A stretch of 64,000 nt of DNA from an uncultured bacterium. GTDB taxonomy: Bacteria; Patescibacteriota; Saccharimonadia; UBA4664. Under the pieces are notes generated by a model. It had not been told where the DNA came from. It worked only from the letters and a program-made list of their open reading frames with translations, and searched no databases. The DNA is taken from positions 931-64,930 of the forward strand of contig CAVRET010000002.1 of assembly GCA_963720265.1 (NCBI GenBank). Reading direction: 5' to 3'. Below are positions 9,807 through 19,794 of this stretch, piece by piece. Both the position numbers and the translations under genes were made by a program. The stretch's first letter is position 1. Each line of letters opens with the position of its first letter.

Positions 9807-9839
9807 ATCACGTCCCCAGTCTTACACTCGTATTGTATA

Positions 9840-10049
9840 CTACTTCCCCACGTACACTTTGGCTTTGGCCGCTTTGCGCGCGGCTTTTCGGATGGCGATC
9901 TCGCGCTGCGCCCGCTTCGATAACGGTTTCTCAAAGTATTTGTTGCGCCTGGCCACACCAAGCACGCCCGACTGTTGCACCTTCTTATTAAAGCGCCGGA
10001 TTAAGTTCTCTAACGACTCTTTGTCGTCTTTGCGTGTTACTTGCAGCAT
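9840..10049 (-). CDS. rpsU: 30S ribosomal protein S21
   Basis: 69 aa, basic, ...ENLIRRFNKKVQQSGVLGVARRNKYFEKPLSKRAQ... Confidence 0.85.
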   Translation of the reverse strand: MLQVTRKDDKESLENLIRRFNKKVQQSGVLGVARRNKYFEKPLSKRAQREIAIRKAARKAAKAKVYVGK

Positions 10050-10132
10050 GTTATATCACCTCCTTTCGTAAAAGCGTTGGGGTATTCATTAAAGCCTAAC
10101 TAAGATAACAGATAATCTGCGCTCAGACAAGC

Positions 10133-10495
10133 CTACTTGGGATCCTCTGGACCCCAATGCTCGTGCGGCGATTTGCCCTTGTTGCCGAGAACATGGAAAT
10201 GCAGATGCGGAATGACCTGGCCGGCGCCTTCTCCATTGTTCACCCGCAAACGCCATGAACCGGCAATACCAGATTTGCGAGCCACCTCGCGCACCGCCAT
10301 CAACAATTTACCGGCCAACTCTGGATCATCAAGCTCGTCCAAACTTGCAATATGAGCCTTCGGGACAACCAACACATGTACCGGCGCATCGGGATGAATA
10401 TCGTTAAACGCCGCTGCAATCTCGTTTTGCCACAACAGCTCGCCCCTGTCGCCGTTCGCAATCGAGCAAAATAAACAATCGTTTTGCATGGACAA
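10133..10495 (-). CDS. HIT family hydrolase
   Basis: CLFCSI... and the histidine triad HLHFHVLG. Confidence 0.85.
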   Translation of the reverse strand: MSMQNDCLFCSIANGDRGELLWQNEIAAAFNDIHPDAPVHVLVVPKAHIASLDELDDPELAGKLLMAVREVARKSGIAGSWRLRVNNGEGAGQVIPHLHFHVLGNKGKSPHEHWGPEDPK

Positions 10496-10532
10496 AGTAT
10501 AGCATGCAGCAATTCACTCATGTCGCTCATGC

Positions 10533-11252
10533 TTGCTATTGGGCAAAATCCGGTTCAAAATAGCCGATTCGCTTAAAGGCCGGGTGGAATCGCCCATGAC
10601 AATAACCCTCAAATCCACAATTCTTGCCAGCGTCTCTGTCGCGGCAGCACTCAACGTTGGCCAATTCTTCACCTCCTACCAACAACGCGAGCTGGCCTTC
10701 ACCCCGGCCTGGGCTCGCGTAGTCAATGCCTCGGCTGCTGCCAACCCGACGACCCAGACCTCAGTGCAGCTGGCAGCCGCACATCCAGCCGCTACAGCCG
10801 GCCCGACGACGCCACCCACGGCCACACCGACGCCTGCAGCCGACCCCGCGCTTACACAAGCTCAGTCGGCTCTGTCCCGCACCGGCCTGATACCGTCATA
10901 TGCTGCCCTCTATCTCAACGTCCAGCAGCGCACCGGCACCCCGTGGCAACTTCTGGCCGCTGTCCATGAAGTTGAAACCGGGCAGTCCGGCTCCACCAGC
11001 CGCACCAGCGCCGCCGGCGCCACCGGCCCCATGCAATTCATGCCCGCTACCTTTAACCGCTACGCCGCCGACGGCAATGGCGACGGCGTAGCCAGCATCA
11101 CGAATCTCGACGACGCTATGCTCACCGCCGGCCGCTACCTGGCTGCCAATGGTGCCGCCTCCGGTAATTATTCAAACGCCCTATACGTCTATAATCACTC
11201 CCAAAGCTACGTCGCGCGCGTGCTCGAGCTGGCCGACCGGCTCGGTCTTTAG
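10533..11252 (+). CDS. lytic transglycosylase-domain protein with signal peptide/TM and Pro/Thr/Ala linker
   Basis: LLAAVHEVETGQ...GATGPMQFMPATFNRYAADGNGDG...DAMLTAGRYL (lytic murein transglycosylase catalytic region). Likely real start at the Met at 10596 (MTITLKSTILASV...). Confidence 0.7.
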   Translation: MLLGKIRFKIADSLKGRVESPMTITLKSTILASVSVAAALNVGQFFTSYQQRELAFTPAWARVVNASAAANPTTQTSVQLAAAHPAATAGPTTPPTATPTPAADPALTQAQSALSRTGLIPSYAALYLNVQQRTGTPWQLLAAVHEVETGQSGSTSRTSAAGATGPMQFMPATFNRYAADGNGDGVASITNLDDAMLTAGRYLAANGAASGNYSNALYVYNHSQSYVARVLELADRLGL

Positions 11253-11308
11253 CTAAAAATGTAAGATTTTTTATAGTCTGCCCGCGCGGACTGTGCTGTG
11301 CTAAGACC

Positions 11309-11899
11309 ATGAGTACACAGCGCTTCACCGCCATTGTGATGATTTGTTTCGTCAGCCTGCTAAGCGGACTGGTGTATGCATCGTCGTCGGGATCGCAGCG
11401 CTTGGCTTTGTCAGACGACACCGCCATGGCCGCGACTCCTGTGCCCACGCCGCTTCCGGCCGGCGGCACTACGCAGTTCGAATTCACAGTCCAAGGACCG
11501 GTCGTCGCCAATGAGCTGTATCGCTCAAGTATCATCACCATCACGCCCACCAGTCGTACGCTCACCATTTACGCCACCTACACGAATCAGCCGATCCTCA
11601 CCCAAAACCTCGACAACAACGACGCCGCCTACAACCAGTTATGGGGCGCTCTCCAAACCACCGGCTTCCCGAACCGCATTGGTAACCACGGCGACCCCGG
11701 CAGCAACTGCCCCAACGGCCTCCGCTATACCTACACGGTCTTGGGTCCGGGCAACCAATCGCTCATCCAGACCTGGGCCACGAGTTGCGGCAACCAAGGT
11801 GAACCCTTCAGCGGCAACGTCGGCGCAGTTAACCAGCTCATTCGTAACCAGATCCCGGGGATTGCCCAAATTCCGGACTACCAAGCGTTCATACAATAA
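11309..11899 (+). CDS. hypothetical secreted protein
   Basis: N-terminal signal-like segment AIVMICFVSLLSGLVYASSSG. No recognisable domain. Confidence 0.5.
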   Translation: MSTQRFTAIVMICFVSLLSGLVYASSSGSQRLALSDDTAMAATPVPTPLPAGGTTQFEFTVQGPVVANELYRSSIITITPTSRTLTIYATYTNQPILTQNLDNNDAAYNQLWGALQTTGFPNRIGNHGDPGSNCPNGLRYTYTVLGPGNQSLIQTWATSCGNQGEPFSGNVGAVNQLIRNQIPGIAQIPDYQAFIQ

Positions 11900-11938
11900 A
11901 CTTTGTGTTCGAAGAGATTAATAACTTGAGGAGGTTCT

Positions 11939-12352
11939 ATGACTACACAAGTATCAACTGGGTCAACATCCGGCTGGGTAGGCTGGATCGTGTTTGCAGC
12001 CGTCATGATGATTTTAGACGGCATCTTCCAATTCATTGTCGGACTGACGGCCATCATTAATCCGCACTGGTTTGTGATCCACGACCAATCGGTGCTGTTC
12101 GTTAACCTCCACACCTGGGGCTGGGTACACCTGATAATCTCAATCCTAGTGATCATCGCCGGCGCAGCGTTATTCTCTGGCAATACAGCGGCCCGCATTT
12201 TCGCGGTCGTGTTGGCAGGCTTAAGCGCCATCGACAATCTAGCGTTCCTTGGTGTATATCCGTTTTGGTCGCTCGTCGTGATCACCATCGATGTACTCGT
12301 AATCTACGCGCTCATCGTTCACGGCGGCGAACTCAAGCAGGGCCGCGTCTAG
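11939..12352 (+). CDS. hypothetical integral membrane protein
   Basis: GAGGAGG RBS 6 nt upstream of the ATG. Four hydrophobic helices. Confidence 0.6.
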   Translation: MTTQVSTGSTSGWVGWIVFAAVMMILDGIFQFIVGLTAIINPHWFVIHDQSVLFVNLHTWGWVHLIISILVIIAGAALFSGNTAARIFAVVLAGLSAIDNLAFLGVYPFWSLVVITIDVLVIYALIVHGGELKQGRV

Positions 12353-13122
12353 TTCTTCGACTGCTTTGTCTCACTCGCCACAAATTGTTTGAGGCTCGAT
12401 AGGGTGTCCATAAGTTGAGCCGGGAACACAATGGTAGAGTTACGCTCAGTGGCAATTTCGGCTAGCACCTGCAGATTGCGCAGCTGCAACGCCACCGGAT
12501 GGGCTTGAATGATATCAGCGGCCTGACCCAGTTTCTCGGCACTCAGGTATTCGCCCTCGGCCGCAATGATTTTGGCTCGCTTGTCGCGCTCGGCTTCGGC
12601 CTGGGCCGCCATGGCTCGTTGCATGGTATCCGGCAACTGAATGTCTTTGAGCTCAACCCGGCTCAATTCCACACCCCATTGCTCAACCGTGGTGTCCAAA
12701 ATTTCCTTCACTAGGTCGTTAATCTTGTCCGTGCCGGACAGGACCTCGTCGAGCATGTGCCGACCGACCACGTTGCGGACGGTAGTCTGTGCCCGCTGAT
12801 TAATCGCCACGGCCACATTTTCGATCTCCACCAGGCTTTTCACCGGCTCAACAACTCGGTAGTATGACACCGCTGCCACATCAATTGATACGTTGTCTTT
12901 GGTAATAACCTTTTGCGACGGAACCGGCATGGTCATGGTACGCATATTCACCTTCTTCATCACATCCACGAACGGGAAGATTAGCCGCAAACCAGGACCG
13001 CGGACACCTCCCATCACGCGCCCAAACCGAAAGATCACGCCCCGTTCATACTGCTGAACGATGCGCAGCCCAAACAGCGTAGCGACAAGAACGATGATAA
13101 TCAGAATAACCAGGCCATTCAT
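12349..13122 (-). CDS. SPFH/band-7 (stomatin/prohibitin-like) protein
   Basis: N-terminal TM, then [15 protein letters not shown]... and a C-terminal [19 protein letters not shown] coiled coil, typical of the SPFH family. Confidence 0.85.
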   Translation of the reverse strand: MNGLVILIIIVLVATLFGLRIVQQYERGVIFRFGRVMGGVRGPGLRLIFPFVDVMKKVNMRTMTMPVPSQKVITKDNVSIDVAAVSYYRVVEPVKSLVEIENVAVAINQRAQTTVRNVVGRHMLDEVLSGTDKINDLVKEILDTTVEQWGVELSRVELKDIQLPDTMQRAMAAQAEAERDKRAKIIAAEGEYLSAEKLGQAADIIQAHPVALQLRNLQVLAEIATERNSTIVFPAQLMDTLSSLKQFVASETKQSKN

Positions 13123-13152
13123 TGCCCGCGTCTCCCTTAGTTATACCCTATT

Positions 13153-14436
13153 CTACCCTATTCCAAACCGATTGCGTAGCTCAGCCACAATACTGCTCAA
13201 TGGCAGCACCTCTTGCGCCCCAGACGTCATATCGCGCAAAATGACCGTCTCCTCCCGCACCTCTTTTTGGCCGATGATGACCGCATAGTCAACACCCAAG
13301 CGATTAGCTCGCTCCAGCTGTGCACCAATGCCGTCGCGATCAACCGCACCGGTCGCGGCCACCCCGCCGTCAAGTAGCTGCTCGATCAACCGAAACGCCG
13401 CTAGCCTTGCCGGCTCGCCCAGACTGGCTACATACACCCGCTTCGGCACCGGCGGCACCGGCATCGCACCCTCGGCCGCTAGTTCTAGCATGATCCGCTC
13501 CAGCCCCAACGCAAAACCAACCGCCGGCGTCGGCTGGCCGCCCAATAACTCAACCAGCAAATCATACCGGCCGCCGCCACCCAAAGCCGACTGCGCGCCC
13601 TCACGCTCACCGTAGAATTCAAACACGGTCCTCGTGTAATAGTCCAATCCCCGCACCAACCATGGATTGAGCTCATAGGCCAGACCCAAATCATCAAGGT
13701 ATTCCAAAACACCGGCAAAGTGCTTCTGGCAGGCTTCGCACAAATAGTTGAGCGTCTGCGGCGCCTCGGCCAGTACCCCCCGGGTCGCCGGTTCCTTCGA
13801 ATCAAGCACACGCAAGGGATTCTTGGCTAGGCGTTCGCGGTCTACCTCCGCCAGCTTACTCTCGTGTGCTTTCAGATAATCAACCAGCGCCTTGCGATAC
13901 TTCGGTCGGCAAACCGGGTCACCGATGCTATTGAGTTGCAGCGACACATTGCTCAGCCGTATCCGCTTAAAAAAGCGTTGCGCCAAGGTAATAACCTGAG
14001 CATCCATACTTGGCGCCAGCTCCCCCAGCGCCTCCAGATTTACTTGGTTAAATTGCCGCTGCCGTCCACCTTGCGGCCGATCATAGCGAAACAGCGACCC
14101 ATCAGCGTACAGCTTCACCGGCTGAGGCCACGAGTTCAAACCTCGCTCAATGTAGGCCCGCACAATTCCGGCCGTAAACTCCGGCCGTAGCGACACGCTG
14201 TGGCCAGACCGGTCCTCAAACGTATACAGCTCCTTCGACACCGCATCCGTATCAGCGCCTACGCCGCGCACAAACAGATCGGTATCTTCAAGCAACGGCG
14301 TCTCAATCCGACCATACCCGGCCGCTTCCGCCACGCTCCGAAACTGGTTAACCAAAAACGTCATCTGTGCCGCCGGTTCGCCGATTAAATCGACCATCCC
14401 GCGCAGCGACTGAAATTCTTGCCGAGCCACGACCAC
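13153..14436 (-). CDS. hisS: histidyl-tRNA synthetase
   Basis: Class II motifs ...FRYDRPQGGRQRQFNQVNLEALG... and GGGRYDLL, plus a C-terminal anticodon-binding domain. Confidence 0.9.
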   Translation of the reverse strand: MVVARQEFQSLRGMVDLIGEPAAQMTFLVNQFRSVAEAAGYGRIETPLLEDTDLFVRGVGADTDAVSKELYTFEDRSGHSVSLRPEFTAGIVRAYIERGLNSWPQPVKLYADGSLFRYDRPQGGRQRQFNQVNLEALGELAPSMDAQVITLAQRFFKRIRLSNVSLQLNSIGDPVCRPKYRKALVDYLKAHESKLAEVDRERLAKNPLRVLDSKEPATRGVLAEAPQTLNYLCEACQKHFAGVLEYLDDLGLAYELNPWLVRGLDYYTRTVFEFYGEREGAQSALGGGGRYDLLVELLGGQPTPAVGFALGLERIMLELAAEGAMPVPPVPKRVYVASLGEPARLAAFRLIEQLLDGGVAATGAVDRDGIGAQLERANRLGVDYAVIIGQKEVREETVILRDMTSGAQEVLPLSSIVAELRNRFGIG

Positions 14437-14485
14437 TCCTTTTTGCTGAAGGTCAGCGTAGCATGGCGGCCGCCCTCAAATCAAC

Positions 14486-16648
14486 CTACGCCGCCAAATC
14501 AGGCCGCCGCACCGATATCACGCCGCTCAACCGCTCAAAATCGTGCATAACTCGAGCCAGCATAAATAAATCCGGCACCTCAATCGCAAAACTAAGGCGC
14601 GTGTGCGTTTCATCTGTTGCATCACGTACCGTAGTCATATCGCGCAAAGCCAGCTGCCGCTTCACCACCACACCCGCTACATCGGCAACCAAGCCCTTGC
14701 GGTTCAATGCCTCAATCTCAATCCGGCACACCACAAACTCAGCTGGTTCGGCTGCCGTCTCCCAGTGGCATTCAGCGTATCGCTCCGGATCGGACGGCAA
14801 ATTCCGACACCCCAATGCGTGCACCGTCACTCCCTTACCCCGCGTTACAAACCCAATCAACGGCTGCGGAAACACCGGCCGGCAGCAGGGCGCCAATGTA
14901 TATGGCAAGTCCTCTCCAGCCACCATGATGCGCCCAGTCGGTTCCTTGCGCCGCACCGTCACCGCTCCCTTCGGACGGGCCGCATCCGGAATCAGCCGGC
15001 GGATAACCGGAGCCGTCGCCAGCGCCCCCTCACCGATCTGGGCCAACAGATCCTCCTCATTCTTGATATGCAGGTTATCCAAAGCATCAGCCACATAGCG
15101 CTTCGGCAGCTCTTCTAGTCGCCTCACGCCCCACGCCCGCAGCTCAGTTTCAAGAATCGTGCGCCCCGACGCCACATTAGCTTCCCTACTAGCAGCCCGA
15201 AACCAGGCCTTGATCTTGCTCTTGGCCTGCGAGGTCACCACCAGGTTCAGCCAATCGCGGCTCGGTGCTGGTTCACGACGGGTTAAAATCTCAACTACAT
15301 CGCGGTTCTCCAGCCGGCTATCGAGCGGCACCAATTTGCCGTTCACTTTGGCGCCAAGCGCCCTCAGTCCGATATCGCCGTGTACCCCAAATGCAAAATC
15401 AAGCGGCGTTGCTCCTTCCGGCAAGTCGTACAAATCACCCTTGGGCGAGAACACGAAAATCCGGTCGGTAAACAAATCAAGCTTCGCACCCTCCACAAAT
15501 TCTTGCTCACTCATCGCCGCCTGCTGCAACCCCTGCAACCGCTGCACCCAAGCCAGATTCTCCGGCACCGCCTCACCCATAAGGTTGCCGCCGCCCATCT
15601 TCTGCTCCGAATAATAAAAATGCGCTGCCACGCCATACTCAGCTGCCATATGCATCTCCGGTGTCCGAATTTGAATCTCGGTAATATGCCCGTCTTCCGC
15701 AAACACGGTTGTGTGCAAACTCTGGTAGCCGTTCGGCTTGGGCACGGCGATGTAATCTTTAATGCGATAAATGAGCGGCCGGTAATGCTGATGCAATAAC
15801 CCCAGAGTCTGGTAACAGGCCGACACGTCCGGGACAATCACCCGTACCGCCATGAGATCATAGATTTTCTCAATATCGCCGTCCACCTTGGCGAGCTTCT
15901 TATAGATACTATAGAAATGCTTCGGACGCGCCGAAATATCGATGATCTCCACTCCGCCGGCCACCAAATACTCGCGAATTGCGCGTTTCAGTACCGCCAA
16001 ATAACGTTTGGCCTTTTCGGCCCGCACCTTCACTTGGCGCTCCAAAGCCGCAAATTCATCCGGCTTGGCATAACGGAAACCCAGATCGTCCAACTCCACC
16101 TTAAGCTGGCCCATGCCCAAGCGGTCGGCCAGCGGAGCGTAAACCTCCAGGCTCTCACGGGCAATGCGCATCCGGCGGTCCGGCGGTAAGTGAGTTAGCG
16201 TCCGCAAATTGTGCAGCCGATCGGCCAGCTTAATCAGAATCACCCGCTGATCGCGCGCGGTCGCAAGCAAGAGTTTGCGCAAGTTCTCAGTACTAGCCGC
16301 GCGGCGTATGCTATCCTCCGGCAGTCTCGGTGCTGTCGACAGCCGCAGTTTCGTCACACCGTCAACCAGCCCGGCCACTTCCTGGCCAAATCGACCGTTT
16401 AGGACCTGTGGGGTCGCTCCGGTATCCTCAACCACATCGTGCAGTAACGCCGCAGCTAGAGCCTCATAATCAAGCCCCCAGTCGGCTACGATCTCTGCCA
16501 CTGCGATTGGGTGTGTCACATACGGCTCACCACTCGCACGGAGCTGCCCGGAGTGAGCCGCTACGGCAAATGCGAGGGCGTCACCGATAACCGCGTTTTG
16601 CTCTTGGTTAAAGCGATCTTTGTCGTATCGAACACTAAAATTATTCAT
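14486..16648 (-). CDS. relA: bifunctional (p)ppGpp synthetase/hydrolase RelA/SpoT
   Basis: HD hydrolase motif HPIAVAEIVADWGLD...LLHDVVEDT, a synthetase domain, and TGS/ACT regions. The ORF track extends to 16699; the Met at 16648 (MNNFSV...) avoids overlap with recJ. Confidence 0.85.
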   Translation of the reverse strand: MNNFSVRYDKDRFNQEQNAVIGDALAFAVAAHSGQLRASGEPYVTHPIAVAEIVADWGLDYEALAAALLHDVVEDTGATPQVLNGRFGQEVAGLVDGVTKLRLSTAPRLPEDSIRRAASTENLRKLLLATARDQRVILIKLADRLHNLRTLTHLPPDRRMRIARESLEVYAPLADRLGMGQLKVELDDLGFRYAKPDEFAALERQVKVRAEKAKRYLAVLKRAIREYLVAGGVEIIDISARPKHFYSIYKKLAKVDGDIEKIYDLMAVRVIVPDVSACYQTLGLLHQHYRPLIYRIKDYIAVPKPNGYQSLHTTVFAEDGHITEIQIRTPEMHMAAEYGVAAHFYYSEQKMGGGNLMGEAVPENLAWVQRLQGLQQAAMSEQEFVEGAKLDLFTDRIFVFSPKGDLYDLPEGATPLDFAFGVHGDIGLRALGAKVNGKLVPLDSRLENRDVVEILTRREPAPSRDWLNLVVTSQAKSKIKAWFRAASREANVASGRTILETELRAWGVRRLEELPKRYVADALDNLHIKNEEDLLAQIGEGALATAPVIRRLIPDAARPKGAVTVRRKEPTGRIMVAGEDLPYTLAPCCRPVFPQPLIGFVTRGKGVTVHALGCRNLPSDPERYAECHWETAAEPAEFVVCRIEIEALNRKGLVADVAGVVVKRQLALRDMTTVRDATDETHTRLSFAIEVPDLFMLARVMHDFERLSGVISVRRPDLAA

Positions 16649-18308
16649 ACTCAATGCGCTCCAAAATAAGCTGCAGGCTCCGCTTGCCCTGAAACTCATT
16701 CTTGTTCAATCTACCGACTAGCGTCAATTGCTGGCCGTCTCGCAGAGTGCTATAACGCTCACTTAGACCAAAGCCTACAGCCGAAAGCCGACGCCCCCTC
16801 TGATCGCAAATTACCAGGCGCAAATGCTGGCCTGCAGATCCAATCCTCGCTACCCGTTCGCAAGGCACATTCGTAATCTTAATCAAAGGCGCTGGATTTT
16901 CGCGGCCGTATGGCTGCAAGAGATCAAACGTCGCCAGCAAGTCCCAATCAATGCCTCCCAAATCGCCGAAACTCACCTCGGCAGCCGCTATCGGCACTTC
17001 ATACGCGCAGGCCCCACTTGATACAAAATACTCGTTCAGACCGGCCCGCAGCTCATCCAGCCGCTCAGTCGGTAGTGTAAACCCAGCAGCAAAAAAATGC
17101 CCACCATACTTACTCAGAAGCGTTGCATTTGCCCTCAGCGCCTCTACCATGTTAAATGCCCCGACGCTCCTGGCCGAACCCTTAGTGTCATCACCCAGAA
17201 TCTGGCCCACCAGTACCGGCTTGCCAAATTTCTCCACCAGTTTCGACGCCACGACGCCAACGACCCCGTGCGACCAATCCGCACCGGCCAGTACCAGTAC
17301 CGGATCATCAACATACACCCCCGCTGCCGCTACAGCCGCAGTTGTGATCAAATCCTGCGTTGCTCTACGCTCACGATTGCGCTGGTCAAGCCTCACGGCC
17401 AACTCACCTGCCCGGTGTACATCTTTAGTCCGAACCAGCTCCAGGCTGCCGGCAGCATGCTCAAGTCGGCCGGCCGCATTCATACGCGGGCCGAGGCGAA
17501 ACCCCAAGGCCTCAGTATCCAGCTCGGCCGGCACTGTCCCTGCCACCATTGCCAACTGGGTAATGCCGGGCCGCCGGGTTTGTCGCAGCACCTTCAGTCC
17601 ATAGGTTACCAGCATGCGATTCTCGCCCACGAGCGGCACGACGTCGCATACCGTCCCCAGCGCCACCAGATCGAGCAACCACTTCTCTTGCCCGACCGCC
17701 GGGCACCCCAGCCGCGCCTGCATCGCCCGCACCACCTGAAACGCTACACCCACCCCTGCCAATTCCTTAAACGGATACTGGTCACCGGGTCGCTTAGGAT
17801 TAATCACGGCTACTGCCTCGGGTATAATCGGCGGCACTGCATGATGGTCAGTAATGATAAGGTCTAGGCCGTGCTCCTGCGCCCAAACTGCCTCGTGCGC
17901 GCTCGTAATGCCGCAATCAACACTCACCACCAGCGTTACGCCGCGCGCCGCCAATGCCTCAAGCGCACCCTGGTTAATCCCGTACCCTTCCTCAAACCGG
18001 TCTGGAATATAGCTCTCAGCCCGCACTCCCAGTGCCTCAAGCGCCTCCAGCATCACGGCGCTGGCCGTAATCCCATCAATGTCGTAATCACCGTATACTG
18101 CCACCCGTTCGCCACGCTCAGCCGCCAACCGGATCCGCGCAACCGCCGGCTCCATATCGGTAAGAAGCCAGGGATCATGTGCATCGCGCTCGTAATCCGG
18201 CCACAAAAATCGCTCCATCGCCTCGGGCGCCACCCCCCGGCCGGCCAGAATTTGCGTCACCACTTCAGGCACTAACCGTTCAGCTGTAATCTCAGGCGGT
18301 TCGTTCAT
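16641..18308 (-). CDS. recJ: single-stranded-DNA-specific exonuclease RecJ
   Basis: DHH motifs VYGDYDIDGITASAV, VSVDCGI and LIITDHH, plus a DHHA1 region. Likely start MNEPPEITAERL at 18308 (the ORF track shows an upstream extension to 18425). Confidence 0.85.
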   Translation of the reverse strand: MNEPPEITAERLVPEVVTQILAGRGVAPEAMERFLWPDYERDAHDPWLLTDMEPAVARIRLAAERGERVAVYGDYDIDGITASAVMLEALEALGVRAESYIPDRFEEGYGINQGALEALAARGVTLVVSVDCGITSAHEAVWAQEHGLDLIITDHHAVPPIIPEAVAVINPKRPGDQYPFKELAGVGVAFQVVRAMQARLGCPAVGQEKWLLDLVALGTVCDVVPLVGENRMLVTYGLKVLRQTRRPGITQLAMVAGTVPAELDTEALGFRLGPRMNAAGRLEHAAGSLELVRTKDVHRAGELAVRLDQRNRERRATQDLITTAAVAAAGVYVDDPVLVLAGADWSHGVVGVVASKLVEKFGKPVLVGQILGDDTKGSARSVGAFNMVEALRANATLLSKYGGHFFAAGFTLPTERLDELRAGLNEYFVSSGACAYEVPIAAAEVSFGDLGGIDWDLLATFDLLQPYGRENPAPLIKITNVPCERVARIGSAGQHLRLVICDQRGRRLSAVGFGLSERYSTLRDGQQLTLVGRLNKNEFQGKRSLQLILERIEYE

Positions 18309-18366
18309 ATTCTTAAGTATACCTTGACCACTAACCTGTACAGTGCAAGAATAATGCCCTGGAACA

Positions 18367-18687
18367 TTGCCGATCCAAGATTGCGAGCCGAACATGGCAA
18401 CTCTCATTGAAGAACAGGCTATCACCTGGGCATTTGAACTCGGGCAGGAAGCCCAGATCCTAACAGCTGCTGGTCGCCCGGTCGACGTCGTATGGGAGGT
18501 CCTTGCAGTTATCTCCCAAATCGAGGGCTTCGATCAGGTTGAAATCCTGATCCAGCTGGATACCTACCCCAGGATTTACTGGGTCCTCCGTGCCCGTGTG
18601 GTCATCGGCATCGGACTCGATGCCAGGCTTAATACCGCCAGGCATTTGCTCGCGGACGCCCTCGGGCTGGAACTGCCGTGCGTATGA
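18367..18687 (+). CDS. hypothetical small protein (uncertain)
   Basis: Only open frame between the divergent recJ and the membrane-protein gene. No recognisable features. A 61-aa antisense ORF also exists. Confidence 0.25.
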   Translation: MPIQDCEPNMATLIEEQAITWAFELGQEAQILTAAGRPVDVVWEVLAVISQIEGFDQVEILIQLDTYPRIYWVLRARVVIGIGLDARLNTARHLLADALGLELPCV

Positions 18688-18773
18688 GAGAGCCTCTCAG
18701 CCACATGCAACGCGCGGCGGCGATAAAGGGCCGGCACACCAACGTTGTGCCGGCCCTTGCCAATAAAGGTCAG

Positions 18774-19229
18774 TTAACGAATTCGCCGAAACCGCTGATG
18801 GTAATTCGCAAGCGCCTGCACACCGTAAATGACCGCCAAAATACAAGCCGGTACCACCTCAAGCCACAGACTACCTACGGGATTTTGTTCAAAATACATC
18901 TGCTGGTGCACAATTGCGGCCGCCAACCCATCAACCATGACCACCCACAAAAGCGGCATAGCTACCGTTAGACCCATCGCAGCCCACACGCTCCGTTGTC
19001 GCAAACCGTTCAGCAAGTAGCCCACGATCCAAATCAAGGCCAAACCAAGCGCAAATCCGGTCACCGGGTCTACTCCCGGAATTTCGGTCTGCGCATGTCG
19101 ATACCAGTAATCGGCATTGATAATCAACTTGACCACATCGACTGTCACCGCCAATCCGACCAGCGGCCATCCAATCACGACGCCAAAACTAACGCTGCTT
19201 ATTCCTCGGCGCACCACTTTGGCCGCCAT
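18774..19229 (-). CDS. hypothetical membrane protein
   Basis: 4-5 hydrophobic helices. No family assignment. Confidence 0.5.
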   Translation of the reverse strand: MAAKVVRRGISSVSFGVVIGWPLVGLAVTVDVVKLIINADYWYRHAQTEIPGVDPVTGFALGLALIWIVGYLLNGLRQRSVWAAMGLTVAMPLLWVVMVDGLAAAIVHQQMYFEQNPVGSLWLEVVPACILAVIYGVQALANYHQRFRRIR

Positions 19230-19382
19230 GGCAAATCTAGAACTTTCGGCTCAAAAAATAGAAATTAGGATCACTGCGCCGCACGAAGCCGATTGGCATA
19301 TCCGGCACTCGGCAAACTGTGCGGGGGCGGTAAATCGGTCTGCGCGGAGTCCGCATTACCATAATCGTTTCCAATATGCGTC

Positions 19383-19700
19383 TCATAGCGTTCGACTCCC
19401 TCGCCTGGCTAGGCTCTTCAAAACCAGACCCTGAAGCTCACGGTATAAGGGAAACCGCGGATTCGCCTCGTAGACTTTCGAGTTTCCCTCTATCTTCACA
19501 TTCACAAAACCGACCTCCGCGAGCCTCTTGAGCTCTCGCTGCACATTGCCCGGATCCTCTTTGATCATCTTCGCGAGGCCGCGGACGTGCATCCGGAAGT
19601 CGGGATACTTCGTATATATTACGATGATTTTGCGTCTGGTTTTAGACGTGATAAACAGTTCAAGCATCTGTTTTTTATTTAGTTGGTATTTGTTTAACAA
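19383..19700 (-). CDS. small Lys-rich winged-helix-like DNA-binding protein in AT-rich patch
   Basis: 105 aa, ...HVRGLAKMIKEDPGNVQRELKRLAEVGFVNVKIEGNSKVYE... resembles a wHTH recognition helix plus wing. Local GC drops sharply across 19590-19800. Confidence 0.45.
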   Translation of the reverse strand: MLNKYQLNKKQMLELFITSKTRRKIIVIYTKYPDFRMHVRGLAKMIKEDPGNVQRELKRLAEVGFVNVKIEGNSKVYEANPRFPLYRELQGLVLKSLARRGSRTL

Positions 19701-19794
19701 CTGGTGTTGTTAATTTGACTCTAGGGCAACCATGGCCGGAATGCAAGTCTTTTTTACAACAATCTCTCAGAAAACTCTTAGTTTCGGTGTAAGA

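Noticed and set aside
14367-15118. 243-aa and 171-aa plus-strand ORFs opposite relA/spoT
   Set aside because: Antisense shadow frames of the RelA/SpoT gene. No start context, no domains.
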